A DNA stretch of 47,454 nt, counting the filler, from Nemertoderma westbladi (Eukaryota > Animalia > Xenacoelomorpha), in NCBI GenBank assembly GCA_032718475.1. It is 2 parts of 2 records of this genome, joined end to end, with 100 filler letters (N's around TTAATTAATTAA, not from the genome) between each part and the next. Parts side by side here need not be neighbours in the genome. Positions count along the whole stretch, not along the records: positions 30,603 to 47,454 come from JAUCBJ010002415.1; 1 more part is not named here. The stretch is one strand, 5' to 3'. Position numbers and translations under genes: made by a program. The notes beneath the pieces are model-generated. The model was given only the letters and a program-made list of their open reading frames with translations, did not search any database and was not told the DNA's origin. Below, piece by piece: positions 35,305 to 46,230 of this stretch (within the stretch, counting starts at the first letter, position 1; every line of letters begins with the position of its first letter).

Positions 35305-36725
35305 CCCAGAATATAGTGTAGTTATACTATACAGGTACACCCTCGCAAATTTTTCTACAAATCTTAATGAGATTGCATGCAATTTGAAATAGAGTTAGTT
35401 TCATCTCACTCCTCTTTACTGGGTGAGCCAGAATTTTTATTTTTGCTTTCATTCTTTAGCTACAAGCGTTTAAAAAAAGGTGTCTCCGTCGATATTGAAT
35501 CAGTTACATTGCAGTTATTCTTTAACCTTATAGTGATTTGTTGGTACTAGTTAAGAGCTGGCTGTGCAAGAATTCCAAATATGTAATTTTACCTATTTAC
35601 ATACTTGTGTGTAAAGTGGCACTTTACATTGTGATGATCCGAGTGCTTTGTTACACGAATGAACGTAGTGAGTGAGTGAAAATCAAGCCACGAAGACCAG
35701 AACACTGTAAAGTACTTTGCAACAAGTATACGTATGTAGTTTTATTCCAAAATTTTAACTTTACGAAATGATTGTATATATTTTATACATGATAGAAACT
35801 GCACAAATTAAATTAGTTGCTGTATAAATAAATGTATATTATATGACATAAATTATGTTATAAAAACGTTAGCTTACATTTATGGTGGCGTTTGGAGCCA
35901 TGTTAATAGTTTATAGGTGCTAGTTATTAATAGCTAGACCGGTAGGTAATGCAGTAGGCCTATCAGGCTGTCAGGCAATTAATAATAAATACCAATTTTT
36001 GTTTATGTGGTAACCATAACGGCGTGATTGTAAAGTCGCTCTGTTGGGAAATTACCACATAATAATATACCAATACAATACAAAATGTACAGGCCAATAC
36101 AATACTGCAATAAAGTTGTAAAGTGCTAAATAACAACTCGCTGTTAATACTAACGGCATTGAGTAACGTTAAAATTTTGGAATAAAAATATTTGTATTTG
36201 GTTTGGAAATAGATGAGATATGCGATATGGGCATTCGAATGTTGCATGTATTTATTTCGGCTGCATTATATCGTATGCTAAAAAATACACAATGTTCTTG
36301 TTCTTGAATATCCATATACTAGTAGGGCCTACTGTAGTATTATAGTGTAGGTATTGCATTGTTGCCCAGCTATGTACTTATGAGATAAACAAAATGTTCC
36401 AGAACGGTATGCATTTATTAAATAAAATAAAAATGGCCTGCAGCGGAATCAAAATCATCCAACTTTCGAACGCCCATATCTCCACTATTTCCCAACCAAA
36501 TTCAAATATTTTTACATATTTGAATCTTTGCATGGCCAGCTTTCCACAAGTACCAACAAATTACTATAAGGTTGAAGAAAAACGCGGTGTAACTGGTGCA
36601 ATATCGATGGAGACACCTTTTACGTTTGTAGCTATAGAATGAGAGCAAAAAATAAAAATTATGGCTCACCCACTTAAGGAGGAGGGTGGTGAAACTAACT
36701 CTGTTTCAAATTTCATGCAATCTCA
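35305..36725. mobile_element. Older fold-back MITE (subfamily 2-like) with eroded ends and an internal ~760-bp insertion (35587-36350)
   Basis: 35350-35586 and 36355-36725 align with the left and right arms of 27374-28271. Confidence 0.8.
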
Positions 36726-36922
36726 ATAATAATAATTATATTATGTTCTATGCGGTTTCCTATGTATGACTGGGATGCCTGATAAGTGTTACTATGCTCC
36801 CATTAGGTATTTGGTACATGAAAAATGAGTATCCCTATACTCAGCAGCTGTCTGACAGTCCCTACCAGTAGTGAAAGACGTCATGCATTTCTGTATAATT
36901 CAGTAGCAATGCAGTTGAAGAA

Positions 36923-37560
36923 TGTGGGGCAAGCCACGAAGTGAGAGAAGCCTTACCATATGAGTGCCATTAATGAGTTGTCTGTCGTCGTCTGTAGTCG
37001 TTGCCTGTCGTCGTTGTCGTCGTAAATTTTTGAACGCTAATAACTCGGTTATTCCTTGATGAAATTAAACGAAACTTGGTACGTATGTAGTCCGGCAAAA
37101 GTTTAAAAAGAATCTCAAGTTTGGTCAAAAACGAACGAACGCAACGATGATGGATACGAGTATCCATCTGCCATAAATCAGCAGTTACCCTCACAGTTTC
37201 GAGACTTTGCATAGTTATAAAGGTCGTTATTCTCCGTTTAGGAAAATTACTTTAAGACAAAACAGGACGAGCGCAACGAGGCTAATGAAGGAGAAGATAA
37301 TTGTAAAACTAAAAATGTCATACTTAACTTAAATAACAATGTTAGAAGGTTTACAAATGACAGTTAAAGTGTGTAAGGGCAAACTGAAATGGATCTCTGT
37401 TTTTACAACTAGTTTATCACAAACTGATAACATCGCCTTCACTAACATACAGTATATTTTGGGTAAGACGGTTTTCGAATATCTAATAGAGATTAGTATA
37501 ATGTACTTTCTAATATAGGCTCTCGTGCTGCGCGAAGGCACCACGTACGTGTATAGTCTA
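36923..37560 (+). mobile_element. Non-autonomous repeat with HINE/DINE-1-like (Helentron-associated) architecture
   Basis: Start motif tgtggggc(a/g)agccacgaag, (gtc)n microsatellite, end motif cgtgctgcgcgaag...cgtgta. The same motifs occur at 38318-38833 and inverted at 45600-46230; start motifs also at ~34978 and ~41245. Confidence 0.6.
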
Positions 37561-37952
37561 ACTAACTGTACCGCAGTAGTATACTCTAATAAATAGCGCC
37601 AACTGCAGCATTTCACGGTTTATTATGCTTGATTAGTAAATTTGACAATTATGCTGCATGTTTATTCAGGTATTTAAGTTTAGTATATCTTTGTTGGTTT
37701 GTTTAGATAATGTAGTATAATCCCATATAGTATGTAAGCGGAGAACACCGCTTTTATCGAATGATAGTCCTTTTTTATATTTTATTAATATTAACGGCGT
37801 TAAATAAAGTTAATGTGTTTATAAAATCAGATTTAAATTTCCAAATTTATTAATTTAGGTATTAAAGGAGTAATCTATAACTTAAATAAGGTCACAGATC
37901 TTGGCTCAAATAAAATCCTTTGCTCTGATATAAAACTTAAGACGCCTTGCAT

Positions 37953-38300
37953 TGTTTTTTAGGAGCCCGCTCGACAGCGGGATACTTCTGTAAAAATATC
38001 AGGTCATATAACACTGACTGCCTCACTCACTCACACATTCATTCATTCACTCACCCACTCACTGATCATAATCCTGGTTCAGGCACTTCTTGCCTTACAA
38101 AAACTACTTCTTGCGTTACAAAAATTCAGATCGATTCTATGTGTGGTATTCGATATATTTCGATTTTTGACATTATTTTGTCGCGAAATTATATGTATTT
38201 AGACATTCAGTGGCGGATTGAGCCTTCCGTAGCTCTAAGGCACATATTAGCAATTGCCCTAAAATTGATATACAGTATAGGTATACAAGATAAATACAGT
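37953..38300 (+). mobile_element. Second HINE-like repeat fragment
   Basis: Begins in a T-run, with hairpin cccgctcgacagcggg followed by an (actc/attc)n microsatellite. Confidence 0.4.
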
Positions 38301-38317
38301 ATTTTCGTTGGCAATAT

Positions 38318-38833
38318 TGTGGGGCGAGCCACGAAGTTGGCGGAGCCTTAGCGAATTGACACTGTTAGGGGGTAGGTCAATTTATGCAAATAGTTGTCGT
38401 CGTCGTCGTCGTTGTCGTCGTCGTCGTCGTTGTCGTCGTCGTTACGATTTTGACATGCTAATAACTTTGTCGGATTTAAAGCTGCCAAGTTGAAAATTTG
38501 TAGGTATCAATATGAGCAAAAGTTGAGATTTTTGAGAGACTTTCAGACACCATCAGTGCAATGGTCTCCCGCTAGAGGGCCACATGTCTAAACATTAAAT
38601 GCCCTCCCATTTCTTTGCTTTTAATCCGTTTAAGCTGAAACTTGGCAGATATGTATTAGACCATTAGCTGTGACTTTCAAAGGAGGCGAATCCATCTGCA
38701 GTTCTCCAGTCTGCCGCTAGAGGGCCAACGTGACAACGACAACTATTTGCATAAATTGACCCACCCCCTAACAGTGTCAATTCGCTAAGGCTTCGCCAAC
38801 TTCGTGCTGCGCGAAGTCCCCACTTCGTGTAGC
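38318..38833 (+). mobile_element. HINE-like family copy with internal inverted duplication
   Basis: Family start and end motifs and a (gtc)n tract; 38330-38400 is inverted at 38736-38806. Confidence 0.65.
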
Positions 38834-39216
38834 TTGATGGCTGCGTGTAAGTGAGCTGTATGGATGATAAAAGTAAAATAGAGTATTGAGGGTCTTTAGC
38901 TGGTTATATTACATTAATTAAAGATAGAGTAGTAAACGTTTTTGACCTACCGATCTGCATCAGACTTCATTTTATTTTTATCACCCATACACTATGTTAC
39001 CACTGGTGAATACCTACCACTTCAAATAAATATAACTTTTGCTATAAAAAGTATAATGGTTTTGGTAGAATTCTTCAAACTTTAATTTTTAATATATTAA
39101 CGATGACTGGTCTGTAGGCCTTAGCAATTTTGATCGGACCGTGGGAATGTGTTATTTATTTGGTGTAGGTTTCGCATTCGCAGGTACATATCATTCATTG
39201 CAGGACTTACTTACTG

Positions 39217-39701
39217 AGGTCCGATTATTTAGAGCAGCAGTAGTTCCAGTACTCCTCTATGGGAGTCCATGCTGGGCTCTAACTGCTGAAGACACCAAAT
39301 CTCTGGATGGCACATTCACAAGAATGCTACGCCGGGTTGATTGTGTCAAGTACAATGCACACATCTCCAACCAGACACTATATAACATTGGAGGTGTCTC
39401 ATTGGTTCCCCAAAGCTTGACACTAGAACAAAATCGCCTCCGCTTTACAGGACATTGCTTTCGCCGTGAGGACCAGCCAGTGCATAATCTTGTACTTTGG
39501 CAGCCTCATGGAGTGAATAAGCATGGTGGACAGCCCATGACTTTCTTGAGACGCATCTTAAAGGACACTGGCCTTGAAGATGCGGCTGATCTAGCAAATG
39601 TCACGGGTGATAGGGAATTGTGGCGGCGCAATTTTGTAGACAAGCCGGCACAGCATTCTTAAAAATACAGCTGCAATGCAGCATGCCGATCCTAGTAGTA
39701 G
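39217..39701 (+). mobile_element. 5'-truncated RTE copy with target-site duplication
   Basis: Near-identical to 31898-32382; (tag)3 tail; acttactgag duplicated at 39209-39218 and 39703-39712. Confidence 0.92.
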
Positions 39702-41635
39702 AACTTACTGAGAAATTTAACATCCATAAACAGCATTAGTGTGGGCGTTGTGTGGTGCAAAGATATAATATTTCTGATAGATTTGGTTGGAGTGGAGTGT
39801 CCAAGAACAAGTAGGTAATGTTCTTGGATAAGAAAAAAGCATCGGGAAGTAGCTAAAAGCGGAAAGCATCGAGAAGTACTTATTGTAAGAACTAATTTCA
39901 CTAATTTGAATTGACTGAAACTCAATGAAACTGTCTGATTCTTTTGAGTTTTGCAGGAATTGGCAGCTAAAATGCCCTCAAGTGCAAAATTCAATACACG
40001 CCGGTAGAACATCTGAATTCCGGTTTTAAATTAAATTAGTGACAGGGAGTTCTGTCTCGCCCGTTTTTTTTTTTTATGGAATATACTATTTTATCTATAA
40101 TATAAAACTAGTTTCCGGTTCAAATTTTACACCACTTTTACGAATCTTTAGTACAATAATTATGTTATAATAATAACGATGAAACATCTAAAATAGTATG
40201 TTGAATCGAAAAAAGAGACAGGGGAGGGGGGGGGTGGGGGAGGGTGAAACTGGACTCAAATCCCATCTTGTCGAATTAATATCCCGCCTCAATGTGAAAT
40301 TCTCAATTTAGGGAAAGGAGCAGGTTACAGTGGCACGTTATTTTAACCAAAACAATAAACTAAACACCATAGAACAGGTTGCAGTTTTATTTTTGAGAGT
40401 AATCAGCTGTTATTTGGGTCGAGTGTTCCCTGGAGACGTGGAGAGGGATGAATTTTTATTGCGTCGCCCCCCCCCCCCCCCCCCCATATCTGCGAAAAAC
40501 ACTACTATAATAACACAGCACCCTGTCGGTTGACTGAGCAAAATTTTGCACTTTCTCTCTCGAATTTAGTGATACAGTAGAAAGTAGTCGAAAGATGTAC
40601 TTTCCCACTCTGTTTTCTACAAATTTTAGTGAGGATTTTTCAGATAAAAATTTGTTTTTCACATGAAGTCTCTCTGAGAAAAAATGGCCCGTGTATTCGG
40701 CTGGCCCTTATATGCCTTAAGGTTAATCCGGCACTGAAGACATTCATTGGCAGCTCTTTGGCAAAGGAATACATAAGAGAGTTGAAATTAGGAGTATTAT
40801 TGGTAGGCCGGCCTGACCCATTAGGATACATCAATGGCAGCCCTATTAATTAACTAGAAAAGCCAGCGAGCTGCCTATAAGAAGACAGCCAATAGACAAA
40901 CGTAGTGTAACTGGATCCCTCCCCATTCATTATTATTAAACTATAAAGCATTTGATCGACCCTGTGCTTATAATTCAATCAGCCACCACCTAACATAGCA
41001 GTGAGTAACCTTGTAGATATTCCCATAGGATTCACTGGGAAGAGCTATTCAGCTGACGGGGTAATACATTTAGAAGGAAACTAAATTTATTATTTGGCTC
41101 TATTCGAGTTGTTATTTATCCGGTTGTGCACCATGGGCATTTTTTTTTATAAATATTCGGTAATCTTGTAAACGTGTTTGATAATGAAATTATTTGCTTC
41201 ATATTATATTTTTGTTAGTTGTAGCAAAGTTTAATTTCTTATTATGTGGGACGAGCCACAAAGTCAGCTAGCCACATGCCTTACAGATTAGACAAATGTT
41301 TAGTTGTATTACTGCTGCTGACTGACATAGTTCATTTGTAATAGTCTTGGCTAGATTCTTCCCCCGGGCTCCTTCCAGCCAGCTTGCTGGGTTTCTAGTT
41401 GAAAATTGTTAGATTTCAAGACTTGTGTAAATTGTCCCAATAATAATTGTTGTTGGGGTAAGATTATGCTTGTTGGTGTCAGAAAAACGCAGCACTAAAT
41501 TAACAAGGTGTTTATTTACAATATTGCCTTCACTTGATTATTGACACTCTTTCATTATGTATTACCACAATTAACACATTATAGAGAAGAGAAGTTAACT
41601 CATTAAACAAATAATTGTGTGGAACAGAATGTTTT

Positions 41636-43880
41636 CGTAACTCACTAACCAGACACCAGTGGTGAAGGACAGATCTGTAACTCACTAACCAGACACTAGT
41701 GGAGGGCAGTTCTGTAACTCACTAACCAGACACCAGGGGATGACCGTTCAATATCTCACTCACCAGACACCAGGGGTGGATCGTTCTGTAACTCACTAAC
41801 CAGACACTAGTGGAGGACAGTCCAGTAACTCACTAACCGGACACCAGGGGAGGACATTTCAGTAACTCACTAACCAGACACTGCTAGAGCTAGGGATAGT
41901 TATATAACTCACTAACCAGACACCAGGGGTGGATCGTTCAGTATCTCACTAACCAGACACTGCTAGGGATAGTTATATAACTCACTAACCAGACACTAGT
42001 GGAGGGCAGTTCTGTAACTCACTAACCAGACACTAGTGGAGGACAGTTCTGTAACTCACTAACCAGACACCAGGGGAGGACAGTTCTGTAACTCACTAAC
42101 CAGACACTGCTAGGGATAGTTCTATAACTCACTAAGCAGACACTATAGTGGAGGACAGTGCAGTATCTCACTAAGTCAGACACTAGTGGAGGACAGTTCT
42201 GTAACTCACTAACCAGACACCAGGGGAGGACAGTTCTGTAACTCACTAACCAGACACTAGTGGAGGGCAGTTCTGTAACTCACTAACCAGACACGAGTGG
42301 AGGACAGTTCTGTAACTCACTAACAAGACACTGCTAGGGATAGTTCTATAACTCACTAAGCAGACACTATAGTGGAGGACAGTTCAGTATCTCACTAAGT
42401 CAGACACTAGTGGAGGACAGTTCTGTAACTCACTAACCAGACACCAGGGGAGGACAGTTCAGTATCTCACTAACCAGACACGAGTGGAGGAAAGTTCTAT
42501 AACTCACTAACCAGACACCAGGGGAGGACCGTTCAGTATCTCACTAACCAGACACTGCTAGGGATAGTTCTTTAACTCACTAACCAGACACTAGTGGAGG
42601 GCAGTTCTGTAACTCACTAACCAGACACGAGTGGAGGACAGTTTAGTAACTCACTAACCAGACACCAGGGGTGGACAGTTCAGTAACTCCCTAACCAGAC
42701 ACTGCTAGGGATAGTTCTTTAACTCACTAACCAGACACTAGTGGAGGGCAGTTCAGTAACTCACTAACCAGGCACTAGTGGAGGACAGTTCTGTAACTCA
42801 CTAACCAGACACAAGGGGAGGACCGTTCAGTTTCTCACTAACCAGACACTGCTAGGGATAGTTCTTTAACTCACTAACCAGACACTAGTGGAGGGCAGTT
42901 CAGTAACTCACTAACCAGACACTAGTGGAGGACAGTTCTGTAACTCACTAACCAGGCTCTAGTGGAGGACAGTTCAGTAACTCACTAACCAGACACCAGG
43001 GGAGAACCGTTCAGGATCTCACTAACCAGACACTGCTAGGGATAGTTCTATAACTCACTAACCAGACACTATAGTGGAGGACAGTTCAGTAACTCACTAA
43101 CCAGACACTGCTAGGGATAGTTCTATAACTCACTAACCAGACACTGCTAGGGATAGTTCTATAACTCACTAACCAGACACTGGTGGGGGACAGTTCTGAA
43201 ACTCACTAGCCAGACACTAGTGGAGGAAGGTTCAGTAACTCACTACGCAGACACCAGTGGAGGACAGTTCAGTAACTCACTATCCAGACACTAGTGGAGG
43301 GCAGTTCTGTAACTCACTAACCAGACACTAGTGGATGACAGTCCAGTAACTCACTAACCGGACACCAGGGGAGGACAGTTCAGTAACTCACTAACCAGAC
43401 ACTGCTAGGGATAGTTATATAACTCACTAACCAGACACTGCTAGGGATAGTTCTATAACTCACTAACCAGACACTAGTGGAGGGCAGCTCTGTAACTCAC
43501 TAGCCAGACACCAGTGGAGGACAGTTCAGTAACTCACTAACCGGACACCAGGGGAGGACAGTTCAGTAACTCACTAACCAGACACTGCTAGGGATAGTTC
43601 TATAACTCACTAACCAGACACTAGTGGAGTACAGCTCTGTAACTCACTAGCCAGACACTAGTGGAGGAAAGTTCAGTAACTCACTAACCAAACACTTCCA
43701 GGGATAGTTCTGTAACTCACTAAGCAGACACTAGTGGAGGACAGTTCAGTAACCCACTAACCAGATTAACCAAACACTTCCAGGGACATTTAATTATCTC
43801 ACTAACCAGACACGAATGGAGGACAGTTCAGCAACTCACTAAGCAGACACTAATTTAAGACAGTTCAGTAACTCACTACC
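41636..43880. repeat. ~36-39-bp minisatellite, ~60 copies, constant core plus a few variant halves
   Basis: Core aactcactaaccagacac followed by tagtggagg(a/g)cagttc(t/a)gt, caggggaggacagttcagt or tgctagggatagttctat. Confidence 0.97.
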
Positions 43881-43980
43881 AATAAGTAAGTATTCAATTT
43901 CAAACTTCTAAGTATATTGCACTACCTTGTACAAGGAAGTCATACAGTATACAAGAAATAATATAAGAAGAGATCACTGG

Positions 43981-45077
43981 CTAATCCGAATCCGAACCTC
44001 CCATCAAAGCATCGAACCTAGCGATGTTCTTCTTGACACGAGCCCACTCTTCCTTACTGAGACTGATTCCTTTCTTAGTCGGTTTCTTATCCCCATTTTT
44101 ATCCTCGTAATAACAGCGGATGTCCACCCGTTTTTTACCTTTAAACTCAGAGACCGACATGTACTTATCGGCTCCAACGTGCAGCTTACCATCGACTAGC
44201 CCGTCTGAGTCACTCTCGCTATGTGAACCGCCTAAAATAAACAATCGTCGATATGAGGATTCAAAATGTATCGTTTAAAGTGTCTAAATGTTTATATTTA
44301 CTAGATTCCCATTACAGCAGGATGGAAAAGTGTCTAGCTAGACTCTATAAGATTAACTTTACAATAAAATTAAACCTGACACTTGATATTGCTTTAATCT
44401 ATCAGACTGTCCCCGACATTAACAGTTCAATTTAGTTTTAATTGTTTTTTAATAGGTGGAACCTTTTTCTACGAGAATTTCTTCTCGATAATTTCAAGTT
44501 CGCAGTTTTAAAATTTTGGAATAAATTAAAAGTAATTTAACTTTTTCAAACCAAAAAAATATTTTGTGCAAAATCAGCAAACCTACCTACGTTGCTACGT
44601 TAAATAATCCAAACTAATAAAAATTTGGCTGAAATTTAATCATACTGTATACGTGTATAGCTTCGCGTACATGTATATCACCCTGAATCCAATTGCATCT
44701 GAATCCAGCTGAAAATTCGTTAATGACAGTTTTCAAAAAGGCAAGATGAAAGCACTCGTATAATAGAAGATTGTGAGTTGTGACAGTATAGTATATTTAA
44801 ACCGTTTGTCTCCAGTGAAGAACAAATCTCAAACCGCATATGGTACCAAGTATTAGTGGTCGTTTGAAAAACGAAATCGTATTAAAATTTTGCGGGATAT
44901 ATACCCCGTATAAAATTGACGTACCATGCACTAATAGAAGGTCCCATTGGCCTTCACAGTTCCCTCAGCCATTCCCTCACACGTACCTCCGTGTTTGGAA
45001 CGTTTCTTTGCAGGTTCCTTACTAGCTGAACCCTCATCACTACTTCCACTGCTCACAAACTTCTTAGATTTAGGCAT
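43981..45077 (-). CDS. SUB1: Transcriptional coactivator PC4/p15 (113 aa; coding exons 45077-44987 and 44231-43981)
   Basis: Exon 1 (absent from the ORF track) reads MPKSKKFVSSGSSDEGSASKEPAKKRSKHG with donor G|gtacgt. Acceptor ttattttag| is phase 1 and in frame. Exon 2 has SVSEFKGKKRVDIRCYY...KPTKKGISLSKEEW, the PC4 ssDNA-binding domain. Confidence 0.93.
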
Positions 45078-45489
45078 TCTCACTACCTCCTAAGACTTGG
45101 TAAGGATTTAACGAAACCCAACTGCAAACTCAGTTTCACCTGAAATAAAATTAAAAACCGTATAATAAAGTTTGTAGATAGAGTAAGGTTTACTAATTAC
45201 TGAAAAAAGAGGGTCAAAAGTCGATAAGCATATTGTTGGACAGGAAATAATATATTGTACTGTGCTACATCTATATGTATTATAAATCAGGTCTTGAGGT
45301 ATAACATAGTATATAATATAATAGTAAAAATATGTGCGAAAACTCTTCCATCAGTTAGTTGTACATATTGGTTCATTTGTGGGGAATCATAAAAGTGAAA
45401 TCAAAAATGAATAAAACAATGATATATAATTACAACGCATTTAAATTTCATTAATCCAAAGAACACAAGAATTAGTCAGTAAAACCAAA

Positions 45490-45527
45490 CACGACGTTTC
45501 GGGTCCAACAGGCACCATTATCAAGTG
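45490..45527 (-). ncRNA. Variant minimal hammerhead ribozyme-like motif (Penelope type)
   Basis: Minus strand: cac-TTGATAA-t-ggtgcc-tgtt-ggacc-c-GAAAC-GTC-gtg. Stem I cac/gtg, bulged stem II, GUC triplet; the core differs from CUGANGA at two positions. Confidence 0.5.
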
Positions 45528-45599
45528 AAATAAAGTACGGCAAAATACAGAATTAAACACCGGGACCGGAGACAAATTAATCTAAATTATAAATAATGA

Positions 45600-46230
45600 A
45601 AGTGCCCCACCGCAATAGCTACACGTTCGTGAGGCCTCCGCGCAGCACGAGACGGCATATATACAGGTTTGGTTTAATTTCATCAATGATTGACCGACTT
45701 ATTTCCGTTTTTACTACCAGTACCGACTGACATACTGTCTCACTTTCAACCAAACTTCAGATGCTTTCTAAACTTTTGACGGACTGCATACTTACCAAGT
45801 TTGGTTTTTAATTTCTGCAACGATTGACCGACTTATTTAGTTTTTTAAAAATTCTGAAACTACCGGTACCGACAGACAGACTGTCAGATTTTTGAGAAAA
45901 CTTCTGAATCTTTCTAAACTTTTGACAGACCACATATTTACCATGTTTGTTTTAATTTCATCAATGATTGACTGACTTATTTCGGTTTTTATTAAAAGTC
46001 TGAAACTACAGGTACAGACAGACAGACTGTCTGATTTTTGACCAAACTTCAGATATTATCTAAACTTTTGACGGACTACATACGTACGTTTAGTTTAATT
46101 TCATCAAGGAATGACTGAGTTATTAGCGATCAAAAATCAGACGACGACGACAGACGACAACGACAACTCGTTAATGGTACCGTACCCCTTTGATAATCAA
46201 GGCTTCACTCACTTCATGGCGCGCCCCACA
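45600..46230 (-). mobile_element. HINE-like family copy with internal tandem subrepeats
   Basis: Reverse complement of the family motifs (cgcgcagcacgaga at ~45639; tggcgcgccccaca at 46217-46230), a (gac)n tract and three internal copies of gattgaccgacttattt...tctaaacttttgac. Confidence 0.65.

Noticed and set aside
39141-39662. 173-aa ORF as a host gene
   Set aside because: Chance fusion of flanking DNA (GTG start) to a truncated RTE fragment.
41636-43880. CRISPR array (constant 18-nt repeat with variable 'spacers')
   Set aside because: The variable parts are a few related recurring variants, not unique spacers; the context is eukaryotic and there are no cas genes.
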